A DNA stretch of 64,000 nt from Obrimoposthia wandeli (taxonomy: Eukaryota). Numbering within the stretch: the first letter of the stretch is position 1; each line of letters starts with the position of its first letter. Location: assembly GCA_977020255.1 (NCBI GenBank), contig CDROCS010001655.1, forward strand, positions 248,001 through 312,000. Direction: 5' to 3'. Below the pieces are notes generated by a model that worked only from the letters and a program-made list of their open reading frames with translations, made no database searches and was not told the DNA's origin. A program made the position numbers and the translations under genes. Of this stretch, positions 35,601 through 50,600 are shown piece after piece.

Positions 35601-38600
35601 ACATTACATACGGATCAAGTAGAGCGACTAGTTGGAAGTCAATTTTCTGTATAGAAATGTGAAATTATTTTAAAATATCTAAATTGCTGATTTAGGAATT
35701 TTCTAATTCACTTAAAAAATTATCAACATCGGTGTTAATTTGATTACAGATTATTGGAGGCGGTCGTGGGTGACATATTGAGTGAGTCAATATATAAATA
35801 AAGGTATTTAGTTGAACTAAACCAATAAATAATTACATTTTCATTTATTGCTTACAAATTCGTCAATGTCGATGCAGTGTTGATTAATTGTTCGTCAGTG
35901 CAGGTCACTAGAAACAGCCCAGATCTTAACTCCCTTGAAAATCTTTAAAATAATCTTTGGAAACGTGAAAATGTAACAACAAAACTACAGCTCATATCCA
36001 GTCCTTATTGGAATTATGACGCTGATTTCCAAGAAACTCTTTGTAAATTTATCGTAAAAGCAATCAAAAATTAGGAGCACAAAAATATTATGAATATTCA
36101 TAATATTGCGATCTTAAGGGGGCCTTAGTTGAATTAAAAGCCATAGTTGAGTTGAAAGTCGTTACTTTTTTATTTTACGAGTTATCACTTGGAAACTTTG
36201 AATAAATATACAAAATCACTTTGCCTAGTTGGTGATAACTTATTTGTTACTTAAAACTGTTTTAATTCGCGTATCTTGTGTGTTTATCAAAGTAAGCGAC
36301 CACATTCATATCGGAATGTAGGCTGTGTTTACTTTAGTCGTGTGATTCAGAATAGTACAATGATAGGGTTTCAATCTAGGGCTCCATTGTCTGAGTCAGC
36401 TCGAGTACAAAATGTTACTTAAAACTATTTTTCGACTTTTATTCTTAAGTTAAATAAACCGTTTCCGTATTTAAAGTTTTTTCTCATATAAGAGGTCGAA
36501 AAGATGAAGGAGCTTGTAAATATGAAAACATCTTCATCGACTGAAACTTGCTTCATGAATGAGCTCGTCTAGTTGGTCTTCTTCCATATAAGGAGCCGCA
36601 ACTGCATGATCATTTCTCGAATCCGTCGGGGCATTTTCTTGGTTGAAATTTACATAAGTAGGACGATCTGTCTTTCAGAACAAGGCAAAGTATGAGGAAT
36701 TCTTTAATTCACCTAAAATTTTATCAACGTCGGTGCTAATTAGATTATATATTATCAGAGGCGGGGACGGATGGCATATTAAGTGAATCTATATCTAAAT
36801 AAAAATATTTAGTTTACAATCAAAACTTTAAAATTATTTACAAAAAAAAATTTAGAAAATTTGCTAAAATTTTGGAAGATCTAGTAGCTAATTTGATGAG
36901 TATTACATTCTTTTTTGATATTTTGAAAATTTGAAATTAGTGAATCGTTTTTAATTGAAAATATTCTTAGTTAAACGATTGAAAACGTAAAAATTGGTAA
37001 TATATTTTGAAAAAATTTAAAGAATAATTATTTTTCCTCTCCACCAACCAATAAACCTCTTTAGAACACGGAGGAAGCCTTGAAATAAGCTTAAGACAAC
37101 ATCTTACATAAGAACTTAGAAGAGATTACAGAGAAAGCCTTGAAATATCACATGTCGAAGGGTGCATCTAACCTTATAAGAAATCATGGAGTAACGCTTG
37201 GAAGTTCCCATGTCGAGGACTGCTCATCAAGGACTGCTTAAAAACCATGGCATCAGAATATCCAACTTATACCGTTGTACTTATCATTGTTGCAAAAGAC
37301 GCGCTAAAATTGACCTACATTCCATCAAAATCTACAGATTATTACTGAAACTCGACCGAATATACAACTATTTGTCTCGTAATTTGTCTTGTTCTGATAA
37401 ACACACGGTAAATTTGACCCAAGAGTCAATCGAATATCTCCTGAAATTTACCAAATATCCAACTATTACCGTCGTACTTAGATACAGCAAAATTGACCTA
37501 CATTCCACCAAAATCTTTCGAAATTCGCCGAACTTTGACCAAATATTCAACTTCAACCAAATATCCGAAAGACACATCCCCTTACATAATCTATGAAGTT
37601 TCTGGAGAGGACAATAAAGTTGATAATAACTGTTATCAAGTCTGTATATTTTCGGCTATTTGAAGAGAATGTAACCAGACTTCGTGAAGTAATTAGTACA
37701 GATGGGAAGATGTGATAATTGGATACCAATGTGCAAAAGTGTTATTTACATTGAGAAACGGTTCCAATTTGTTTTCTTTGCACCATCAGATAAATGGCAG
37801 TGACTGGATCCAATGCGATGCATTTTAAGTAGTGACCAAAACTTTGTAGTGTTAATCTACGATAAAACGGTTGACTAATCAACATTGAAAAGTCATTGCT
37901 CCTTAAATAATAGAATAATTTACCTTTTCATTTAAAAACAAATAAAGGAAATTACAGGAAAAATAACCAAATACTTTTTCTCATTAGATTAAGTAATTTG
38001 ATCGATTATTTGCGGCAAATTTTGTCCAGCATTTTATTTGATCGTGTTCGGAGTGTTTGGTCCGCGTAGTCTCAGTATTTCTGAGGTCAGCTAACCCGAA
38101 TTTGTATATAAGATACTTTAGGCATATCTGTGCGAGCTCAAAATAAGTTTGTATTTTAGGCAAACAAATAGCTAGAAATGTCTTGAATTTGAAATATTTT
38201 TCTTTTGAAAATCTTTGAAATTTCTGAGTAATATTCTTCCTAAATGAATCGATAATTTAATATTGAAATTAAAAATATTTGCAGATAAAAATTGAAATAT
38301 AAAATATTTTTGTTAATAATTATGTTATTTTAACATGATATTTTTACATAGTGATGTTTTAAATTATTTGCTTTTTTAATATTATTTATATTAATTTTAT
38401 AGTGATTAAGTTCAAATAACAAAAATAAATTTTTCGAATATATAATCATACAATAGCGCAGGGCTTCCCAAAGTGGGTTCTGTAGACAAAAGCAGGGGTT
38501 CCGTGTGCCGAAATCGAATAAAAATAAATTTACAAAAAATGGCATTAACGTTACTCGCCCCTACCTTCATAGGCCCACGATAACTACTTTATAAATACTT

Positions 38601-41600
38601 CATTAGTTTAACTTTAAATGTTTTATTCAATTTTCAATATAAATAAGTTTTTATTTTCATTCTTTACTTTATGGCTTTAAGTATTTTTAAATAGGTAGGG
38701 GTTCCAATATTTTTTAAATAATACCAAAGGGTTCTGTGGCCATAAACCCTCAATATACATTGAAAAATCATTATTTATGGCTGTGACATAATATCAATAT
38801 ATCAGTTTGAAACAATATGATTACTTTATTTTCTTTTTAAAGATATCTATATTAATAAATTTATATAAAATTGTGATATACAGGGTGGTCCGTAGAAAAC
38901 CAAAGGATTTAAATAAATTTATTTACATTTATAATAAATGTTCAAAATGTTTTCCTTCATTATCCCGACATGTTTGAAGACGTTTTATCCATGATGATGT
39001 AGCTTTTCGTATGGTATCCAGACTAATATTATCCCAAGCTTGCGTTAAAAATAGTTTGAGTTCATCGATTGTGGAAACCTCTTCGCGTACTAACTGCAAT
39101 TCATGTAGCACTATTCCCCAAATAGCATAGTCCATAACATTTAAGTCTGGACTTTTTGAGGGCCAATCAAGTGGCATAATTAAACTTGGTACATTCTCTT
39201 GAAGCCATGAAATAGTCGCATTGGCTGTGTGTGCTGTAGCGCCATCTTGTTGCCAAATCCACGATTCACCATCCATTACGTTGATTATGTCTTGGAACAT
39301 TGGGGGGCACATCTCATTATGTAGGATATATTTATTTCGTGACAAGAATTTCTAAATGATATTTTTAATATTGCTTATAAAATATTTACAATCATAATGT
39401 AGATTGAACGATTTTTAAATTATCCAGCTACATATCTTGTAGTCAATTTTTCATAGATTATGAAATAATTTTGAATAAAATTTAAAGTTTATAATATTGC
39501 ATCTATCTAATGATTGTAAATATGAAATATTTGTGAAAATTATAAATACACTAAAGAAAATGTAAAAATTTTGAATTTTGTTTTAAAATTTATTCAGAAA
39601 TTTATTTAACCATTGTTAAAAGAATGAAATTAATTTGTAACAAAAAGAGTTAAGCTTTATTTGGCATAAATTGTATAAACTGCAAATATTATTTTTTCAT
39701 AATTTCAATATTAAATTATATATTTTAAAGTTTTGTTTGCGTTAAATTAGACTTATTGTGAACCTGCATAGAAAATCCATTGGGGAGTTTATAATTCAAC
39801 ATTTTCTGTCTGTATACAAAGTTTCGTTAAATTTCGAGCGTTCAAGTTGGAAGCTTTTCCCTGTTAGTTTAGATTGCGACGGAATCTAACTGTAAAGCAT
39901 TCTAGATATCGATATTGTTGCATTAATTAAGAAATTATTTAAGCAAACTTTCTGTAATAGTTACAGAAATCTGTAACAAAGTTGTATCAAAATTGTGAGA
40001 TTTACTGATGTAAATGTACATTTTCTTTTTTGTCTTCTTTTAACCGCTTCCACCTTTTATTAAGCTCGGCTTTTGACAATTATGAGAATTCCAAAATTTT
40101 CTGTACAATTTCTTTTTATTGTGCTTGTAATTATATAAACCACTATATATAGTCCGTACACTGTAAAAATTGGCAGGGAGAAATTATATTAGAATCAGTC
40201 ATGAATAGACGATGAAATGTTTTTTTCTGGAATATACATGCACATATTCATCAGGGAATGGCAAAAAATTCAGTACATTTTGGCTATTTCAAAATAATAT
40301 TTTGCACATATTAAATGATATATTTGGAGTGGATTGACAAATTGTAGATTTTGGTGCTCATGTATGATATGTTGGCAAATGTAACTCATTGAGTGAGATA
40401 GTATTCTTGTTTAATTACTTAATTTTTTTCATACAGTGAATCAAGCCAGCAATTTTCATAAATTTATAAAGTTTAATACAACATTGATGTTTTCTAATGT
40501 CTTTTTGTTAGCTCATATAATAACGTGATGAAATCATATTTTTAGATTTAAATAATGAAACTTACATCATAGAGCAATATTAACGTAAAATAATATAACA
40601 GATTACTTCGAATGTCATTTGTTTGTTGACGAGAACGAAACTTTTTCTATGGTCTGAAATTTACTGTATTTTAATCGATATTTCTCGTATTATGCACTTA
40701 ATTTCGCGGCGTTATTCGTCACCTGATGGCTAAAAGTATCTTCTATACAAAATGGTAAAATATTTAAGACACGAAACATTTTCAAATTTATTTTCTGTTT
40801 CACATTTTCGCATTTTTTGGTAGCGTGACGAAATAAACTTTGTACTGTGTCAATTTTGAACCATCGTACTTGATAATTTTATTTAGGGTTAAGGGATTTT
40901 TTAATTATTTTCAAAGGAGTTTTATTTTTCAATACCTAAAGTATTTTGTCGTTTACTAGCTGAATTAGTTATCTGAATGTGATAGGTGTAACATAAATTC
41001 GTTTCGCAGTCCAATGAAGATGTCGCAGTGGCTGTGAAAATGTGCAAGGCTGAAGTCTCAGACGAGGACAGGCGGCTCTTTCTGGCAGAAGCAGGTTCGT
41101 GCAGAGGTGGATGAGAAATCACAGCCACGAGAACCCGAATTCACTTGAAATTTTGTTGGTCCAGAGTACATATATTATATATGCATATTAAATTAGTATA
41201 ACTATAATAATTCTACCTTACTAATCAATATTAAGCAACAACTTTTAATATAAAATATTCAGATTGAATATCTCTTTAAAAACAATTTATTTAAAAGTAC
41301 ACACACTATGGAGCTAATAGTCCTTACGATTGCTTTTCTTCTAATGGTGGTGCTGTTTTCTGTTGTGCAGAAGTCATGCGGCTGTTGGAGCACCCACACA
41401 TCGTGCAGCTGTTGGGCGTGTCGCAGGCGGGAGAGGAGTGGTGGATCGTGATGGAGTTCTGTCAAGATGGACAGGTCAGAACTGCCCCGCATCGCTGTTG
41501 GTGACCGAGGGATATTTGCATTATTTGAAATCAATAATTAATTAATTTACATCGCTCAACTCTATGAATATTGCGTGTTTGTTTCAGCCATTCTGGGTTT

Positions 41601-44600
41601 TGGGGTTGGGCTGTTGCTGGAAAGTTATAAGTCCGATTTAGACAATTTGAATATATATAAAATGTCATTTTTCAAGATATATTTTAAAATATGTAGTTGG
41701 TACAAAATTTAGATGCATAAGGGTTCGAAATATATTGAAAGGGTGAAAAAGATTTATCTAAATGATTTTTCTTTAGAGCCCTGTTTATTCGAGTAAGGTT
41801 TGAAGGTGATTGCAGTTCTAGCGAAAGAGATAGAATGATGAGTTGGGAATGTGAGCAGGACAAGGTGGTGGGTTAATAGTTGCTCGTTGCAGTTGCTGTC
41901 CCATCTTATCGACGACGGAGCGGACCCCATCGCCGGCTGCTGCAGCCAACAGCAGCTACTGACGCTCTGCTACCAACTGGCCAGTGCCATGGACCATGTC
42001 CACTCGCGCCGCATCATCCACCGCGACATCGCCGCTCGCAATGTCCTCTTGGCCGGTCCCGAGTGCGCCAAACTCGCCGACTTTGGCAAAGCGGTTCGTC
42101 TGCACGACGACGAGCACACAGATGAGGACGACGATGAGTCTATAGTCACTGTGTATGTAGGAGACGTCTCTGAGAAGCTGCCTGTTCGTTGGGCTGCCCT
42201 CGAATCTCTGGCGCAGCGTCACTTCTCGTTTGCCAGTGACGTCTGGGCATTCGGTGTACTCATCTGGGAGGTGCTCAGTCGTGGTCGCAAGCCCTACACG
42301 GAGCTTAGCAATTCCGAGGTAGATACATCCTCATTACTCATATTGCAATAATGCTGAAATCAATGTCGATTGAGTGCAGAATAACGTGTGCAACTCCGTT
42401 AAGGTGTATCCGGTTCTGCGGGACAACAAGCGTCTCCCGCGACTGCCGGGCCTGCCTGAGAGTCTACACATGCTTCTTCTGGCTTGCTGGGCAGCTGACC
42501 CTCTCCGGAGACCGGGCTTCTCAGCGCTTAAGAACAAGATCAAGTGGGTCTTTTTCTCTTTCCCGATATGGTTTGTCTGGAGCGATTATTCTATAAATGT
42601 ACTTCTAAGTTGAAACTTTACACCTATTTAGCATATGGATCACAAACTGACAGCCTGAGAGAAACCTTTACACGCCCATAGTAAAATATGCAGCTTTATG
42701 CTGTGTGAAACAATTTCTTACGGATAATGCTATGTATTCAGCAATCAAAACTATTTTCTACGCAAAGCCGGTTTTAGGCTGCTAAACTCGAAAGATTTTG
42801 AAAGTGCCCCATTGTGGTTTGTTAAATAGGGTTAACACTTTTTATCCGAATTATAGAAAATTGTTTAAATTTTATACTATGTTTCATTAAATCAACTCTA
42901 GACTATACAAATAAACTTTGTTTCCCACTATAATGAGAAATATTTGTTTAAAATAATTAAATTGAAAAAGGAAACAAGGTAAAATTAGTCAATATTAAAT
43001 TGGAAATACAAATTTATCACTTGATTGATTTGTAAACGTCAATGAAATTGTCTGTCAATTTTTAAGTTTATTCATTTACTTGTTATTCATTTTACTTGTT
43101 CCAAATTATTAGGTAAATAAGTTTTTAATGATTATGTCTGTCATTTTTACATTAAGATATCATTTTTAAATGTTATTTAATGTTTTAAATGAGTTAATTA
43201 TAATATTTAGTAAAATAATCGAAAAAATAATATTTCAGTTAACTATTCAGTTATAATATATCTTAATAATGTAATAATTTAATGTTCCAAATTATTGGGT
43301 AATTACATAATAAATCAAATAATATAATTAAAAGTATATATTTCCAAAACAAAATATCATATTAATGATCAATATTATTTTCCTTTGATTGTAAAACTGC
43401 AATAATTCTTGAATCCATCGAAATTAATGTTTCGGCAACTCAGGGTCCATTTTTTTATTGCCTTCCATAATGATTATTGATTATTAAATTGTCTTCCGTT
43501 GGTGTCAAGTTGACTCCCCAATAATTCGCAGTACAATTTAAGTCCGGGAATTAGTAGGCCAAATCATTAATTTGTTATCAAATAATACTTGGTCTTTAAA
43601 AACTCTTTGGTATATCCGGATGAATATATTTCATGAAAATCAATTTATGTTTAACTTCTGGTAACATATCATTATACTTCGGGATGGAATTATTTAACAA
43701 AAATTTCGAATAATTTATTGAATTCATTTTGTAGCCATTTTGTACCCGAAAGGGACCAATAACAGTTGAGTTTATAATCGCTGTCCAGAACATAATTCCA
43801 CCTACACCTTGTTGGCGTCATAAACGAGTGGTAAAGCTTGAACCATATCCAACCTCCAGCAAATCGACCGGGGCCATCTAGTGATGCTCAGCATTCATCG
43901 GTAAATAATACTGTCGAAAAGTCGATTTTTAAGTATTTCTTTGCCCATTATAGAAGTTTGATTTTATGTTTTTTGTTAATAGTGGAGTTTTTGAAGATTT
44001 TTGAACTTTGGTATTTTAATTTAATATTCTACAACGTGTTGTTTTCGGTAGATCAATTTGTGCTTCTTAGAAAATTGAATTGCCTGAACTAAGGAGATAT
44101 AGGGACAAGGCACGCTTCAATTTCGTTACTTCTTTGCTGGTGATCCTTCTGAACCTTACTATATCAGCACAAGATCTTTTGTATTGACTTTTATTTATAT
44201 AATTATTGATAGTGCGGATATTTCTAATCAATAAATTTGATATTTCCTTGGCATTTTGCCTTGTTCTTACAATTTTACAATATCTGCTTTTTCTTCTGAT
44301 TTTAAGTATTTTTATATAAATATTGATTAATAATAAATTAAAATATAAATAAACAAAACTTTCTAATGCTGTTTGTTAAATTTCGTAATGAATATCACCA
44401 ATTAATAAAAAAATCATTTGTTTGTAATTACCTAATAATTTAGAAGATTAAATTATTACATTATTAAGATATATATTAACTGAAATGATATTTTTTCGAT
44501 TTTTTTTACTAAATAATATAAATAACCCATTTTTAACATTAAATAATACATCTTTTTGTAAAATTCTTTTTACCTAATAATTTAAAACGTACTGTATATA

Positions 44601-47600
44601 GGTATTTATTAATTAATGAATTGAACAAATTTATCATTAATTTTATAACCAGCTGATTTAGAATTATAATCAACCAAATTACAGAAAATTCTAATTGTAA
44701 AACCAAAACAAACAAATCAACAAAGTAATAATTATATTTAATAACATAATAAATGGTGATTAGGCTAATGACATTTGAATTAATAAATGCTACAAGTTAC
44801 ATGTATTTGCCAATTTTGATGTGTGCTTGTTAAAATGTCAGTCACGTTGAATGCGCTTCTGTGAAAATGGAGTTACATTGTAAAATAATTGAGAACCACC
44901 ACAAAGATGTTTTTATGAATGTCACAGTACGTTTTACGTTACTAGACAGTTTGTTTATTGAATATTAGATCTTTTAGATACACCTCGTTGAGGATATTAT
45001 TCAAGTAACTGCATCAGTGTTTCTTATTCTAAATTCATTCAACAATGTCGCAAATAACTCAATAGTCAACACACCAACCGAGAATCCCTGGAACTTGCGT
45101 AACACCAAAGGAATAAACGCTAGATCTGGCGGCTCGGGCGGTTTAAGCGTTATCTGCTCCAGTCAGGATGCAGCCGCGATTCGATGCTTTCTAATTTTCT
45201 CACAGTACAAAGTTCGGATTAAAATTAAACTTTTCCGGTAAGTAGTAGATACGTATGGATGCTCTTCGTCGCTACTCCAGGTTTCAACAAAAATATGATA
45301 AGAAACTCCGGAGATATCGGGAATTTCGATATTTCTTCAACAAAATCATTTTCTCCGATGATTTACACCGATGTACGAACCAATTAATCGGGCCAGATAT
45401 TGGCCAGATATGCAATATTTCCACATGTTACATTTGTAAGAAACATGCAAAAGAAAGAAATCTGTTGAAACCCAAGTTTTTGGGCCTGTTAAAATTCGGA
45501 CTTTAAAGTTCCATAAAGAACAAATTAATGTCAGCAATTTTCATGGACTTCTTTATTGTTCATAACTTCTTATTTTTAACTAATGCATAAATTTACAAAA
45601 ATCACTTCATCTTATAAACTAAGGAATTGCATCACTTCAACATTGTACTAAATCACAAAATGTCTGACTATTATATAGCCAAACAAACAATACGCACTCT
45701 AAATTGCAATGATAACACAAAATAAGCGTTAAATGGTCAAAATGCAAATTACATTTGAATTTTACTAATTGCTGTTTCAGCAGTTTGCTTAATTAGTCAT
45801 TCGATTATAAGAAACAGGACAATTATTAGAGGGTAGGCGGTTATAAGAGGCTGGACAATTATCAAAGGGTATGCGATTATTAAAGGTTTAGACAATTGTT
45901 AAAGAATGTGCGATTATAAGGGGCTCGATAATTATTAGAGGGTATTCGATTATAAGAGGCTGGACAATTATTAGAGGCTGGTCAATTATTAGGGGTAGGC
46001 GATTATAAGAGGCTGGACAATTATTGGGTGGTATGCGATTATAAGAGGCTGGTCAAATATAAGAGATATGTGATTATTAGAGGATAGGCGATTATTATTC
46101 TTTAATACTGAAATTTTTCTTAAATTGTGCTTGCCCACACCTAAGATTAAGAATAAATAACTTAGTGCAGCTCTATTTGTTCTCGAAATAAGGGAGCGGA
46201 TAGTATAGCGAAAAATAAGTGTGTTGAAACAGTTCGAGAGGTCGTCACGTGGCAGAAGAAAATGAGCACTTGTAACAAGAAACATAAGTGTCAATTATCA
46301 AAATCTAAGATGTCTTCGACCTAGTCTGGTTTCAGAATAGTCCTATCTGTTTTCTTGAGTCGATATTCTGAATATAAGTGCACAGAACACTGTTCGGCTT
46401 GTCAACGACTGTCTGATGCACTGTCGTATGTTCACAGCGCGACTATTGTTCAGCCGCGTGTAAACATATACTTGTTTTAACAAGACACATTGCAACTTCG
46501 GTCTGGGTATTTTGGGTTTCAATGAACCGTCATTGTCCCACGACGCTGACAAACTTGCGTCAATAGCTTGTAGTTTATGTAACTTTTCATTACAGCACAT
46601 GTCACTCTTTGGTCTATCTCATTACTGGTGATAGCTGGAGCGTATCTGCATGTTGTAGGTCGAATATTTGGAACAATATGCAGCAGAATGCCTTAGAAAT
46701 GTAATTAGAATTTACCAAATTTCTAAATCTAGTCACACTACTTACCGTATAATAACTTTTGTTTCCCCTTTAATGAAATAGCATATATCTGATCTAAAAG
46801 TATTAGCTTATTAAGAAAATAACATTAAAACTCCATCTTATCGACATTTGACCAATTTAACAGTACATTTAGTTAGAACAGTTAATTATCAGTTTGAAAT
46901 GCTTTGTTTCTAATAAATTCTATAGTTATGAACGTGAGCCAAATATTTCAACTTGCGGCTTAGAAACATTCAAACTCTTACTAACAAGGAAAGTTCTTAA
47001 AAATGGATTTTTGTAGGTTTTTATAATATTTGAAACTGTACTTATTTATCCTAAAACAACTTGGCTAGCAAATTTTTTGCTCCTCATATTCATTATCATT
47101 GTATTGAATTTTTTATTAACTTAAATTATATACTTATTTATTGGTTTGTTTAAGTTTAAATTGTAATAAATTTAACCTAATTTTTAAAATTGAAATTATA
47201 AACGAATATTAATTACCTTTTACGTATTTCTAGATCAATAATGTAAATTTCTTCATTTACAATTTTTAAAGTTATTTCTGACTATTGAGATTCTCTACAC
47301 ATTGGGATTTTATAATCTGTATCCATAATATCATTTTACATATTAATTTCGGCATAATCTAACTCCGACATGTAATTTAATTAAATAAATATATAATTTT
47401 TTGAACGTGATTGTACATTATTTTTGTTGTGATTAGGATACAAAACTATCACAAATATTTAATTTCAATAGACTAAAATTCATATTACGCTGTGTTATTT
47501 ATTAAAAAGAGTTCTTCGTGTTAAATCTTTTCCCAAATAAGTTATTAAAATAATAGTTTAAATCAGCTATATTTTGTAATGAATGTTTAATATATTATTC

Positions 47601-50600
47601 TCTAAAAATATCTCCCCGCTAAAAATTTAGATTCATGTTTTATAACCATAATTACATATAAACAAAAAAATATTTCTACATTTATTGAATTATGTTAATT
47701 TTATTGTTCAATAAATTGCAGTGAGATCAAAGTCGAGGTGAAAAAGATGGCCGCCGACGATCGGGTGGTCTCATTGGCTGCGGGACTCAACAGAAAACCG
47801 CCAATTAAAGTAAGTTACACATATTTTCTCTACCAAACGCTATTTCTATTCGTCTTCAGTTTCCATAGATATTTATAGATGTAAATTCATTCGCGATCTT
47901 GCTTAGGATTTTAATATTTTTTAAAATAAATACGTATTAAATCGAGCAACCTCAATGAAGAAAGCCGCACATCAAAATAGATTATGAAAAAGTGTGATTT
48001 AAATAATTTTTTTGCCTCAGTTGTTTCTTTTGTAGTAACAAATTATTGCGAAAAAACAATGCAGGGGTTTAGTGATAAGTTTAACAAACAACTACCGCCT
48101 CTATGGACTTCATAGGAGATGAGAAATCGAGTTATACTAACTGTATCAGATCTTCATACTTAAATCAGTAAGGGATCCAGTGAACGGAGGATTCTCAATG
48201 AACAAAAACAGAAAGCAGTTGCTACCTTTGGTGGTAAGCCAAGGAGTTGATTTGTGTGTTTCATCTGTTCACAAAGTGCTGCACCAAGAAGGTACGAAGT
48301 CATGGAAGATTTGGGCTGCACTAAAATAAATGACCAGCACCACGAACAAAGACACTAGATGAACTGAGAGAGGCTCATTAATATATTACAAACATTAACT
48401 TGGAAGTTATAGAGAACTTACCAGTCATTCATACGCCGTTGTCTGTGCATTAAACACAATGACCATTTTGAACAATTGCTATAATAACGGTTTTTATATC
48501 GACTTTTAAGTAGTGTTAATATATTTTAAAACTTATAGGAAGATCGCTAACACCCTGTACAGTCATATTCTTTTATTTCTCTATCTACTGTATCTACCAC
48601 CTTCATCTTGCTCCTCCACCTCAACCCTCTGTTCTTCCTCCAGCCCTCATTCGGTGGAGTTGCATCCGCCCTCAGCAAGGCCTCAATCAACAGCGGTGGC
48701 AATGGCAGCAGCTACAACGTCAACCAATCCATGCCGGACCTGTTGCACCCCTCCAACAGCCGGATGACCCTCGACTATCAGCTCCGCAACCAAAACCACA
48801 ACCAGTACCAGCAGAACCAACAAGCAGCATCCCATCACCTGTACAACCAGCACAACACCATGTTGCCCGAGCACAGAAGGGCAAACAACGGAGTCTCCAT
48901 GATTGTTGGCTCTGGTAGAAGCAGCAGCACTATGAATCCCAACTCGCGCGCCACCATTGCCAACTTCAATTTCAATGTAGACAGCATGATTGACAATTTC
49001 AAGATCAAGACCAACAACTTCATTAACTCCATCCAGGCCACACAGTCATGCAGCATTCTTCAGCTCAAGGTCGGTCCATAAGTAAAATTAAGAAGCTCAT
49101 TTTCTTCATGAAATTGACATATACATAAACATGACAGTTGTGCACAAATGAAATACAATAACAAATACATAGAAGAATTAGATAAGAAGTACAAACTACA
49201 TTTTTCTTTTTATGGTATCATTCGAAATTGGGATGGACTTCAAAGCCTCACCCAGTGTGAAAGATATTTTGTTATGCAATTAATCAAGCGATTTCTATTG
49301 ATGCATTCCATAATTTTCCATCAAATTCGAGATGATTCGAAAACGGTATTGTTCGTTTTTTCGCTCTTGCTTTTTGTTGAAAAAACTCAAAAGGCTTATT
49401 TTAATATATTGATTTTATTATTTTAAAATGTCGTAACAATTTACCAGGTCTCCTAGAGTCGTTTGTAAGTACTATCTGACAGGATAAACAAAGGGGACTT
49501 TCCTGGTAATCTTTTATTGTTGAAATAAAACCATATGGCAAACAGTCAAAATTATTTTTCGGAGTCTCGGTCTATCTTTTTCATCAATATTTTATTTACA
49601 CCAGCATTCAGCGAAAATTATGTTTCTGTTGATCTGTATCTGATTGTTCACATTCGCAGTAGCTTTTCTGTTAAAACTTCTGTTTCTTGATCTGACAAGA
49701 CACCATTTAATTTCGGAATTTGGTGCAACAATTTATTTGTTTATCTTTAATCGGGTTGAGTTCAAAATATATTACTTTACAAGTTCTCCCTTAAATATCC
49801 CAAAGATTATTTCCCTCCTATTTCAGATCAATAAAACTATAAACAACTCCAATTGTATAGTTTTTTTTGCTCCCTGGATTAAGATCCACGCCCCAGGGAG
49901 CCGTCCAATATAGTTTGAGAAGCACTGACCTACAGAATCAAATAACGTCAAGCATCTGGAAACGTGAAATTTTACCGAAATAATTGGTCGTGTAAGTCGC
50001 AGATTTGTGACAGACAGATGGTCGAACATTCGATGAATTATAGAATGGGTTACATATGCAAGTTGTACTGAAAAAAAATTCGACCGTTTCACATAAAAAT
50101 AAAGGGCAGGTGTTGCTGGTGTAGCAATCATTAACCTGTATTTTATTCTTTCTTCAGGGATTCGGGCTTGCCATTCGTCACTTCTTGCAGGAACTGGACC
50201 GGGAACTGCCACCGCATCCTGTAGAACACGAGGTCAGTAGCCATGGTCCCGGTCTAATGGTAGATGGTTGACGTGGCCTTGTATGTGCCTTGGCGTACAA
50301 TTAAGTTTTAACCATTTAGCATAGCTATTCATACAAACTAGTACATAAATTTATCTTTATTAGTTTCTCTTCTATCAACATTTTCTTTTTGTATTCTATT
50401 TTTAGTTGTTTGAAGAATAAGGACAATTATCGAATGTGGAAATCACGGATTTTTATAATATTTTAAAATGAACTTATTTATTCTAAAAACTTGGTTATCA
50501 AAATATTTGCTCCTGATATTCATTATTTTGAAAGATATATACGTATTTAACATTTTGTTTAATTTTACAATTTAACCGCATTTCGAAAATAGAAAATATT

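Noticed and set aside
45803-46110. 36-bp repeats as a CRISPR array
   Set aside because: Units are contiguous and degenerate with no unique spacers, there are no cas genes, and the context is eukaryotic.
46340-46600. Possible LINE reverse-transcriptase remnant on the minus strand
   Set aside because: Only a vague RQG..LSP-like resemblance; no YADD or other diagnostic motif.
50236-50262. AGTAG..CCGGTCTAAT similarity to the inverted Polinton terminus
   Set aside because: Only two short matches, immediately after a FAK exon donor, with no further homology.
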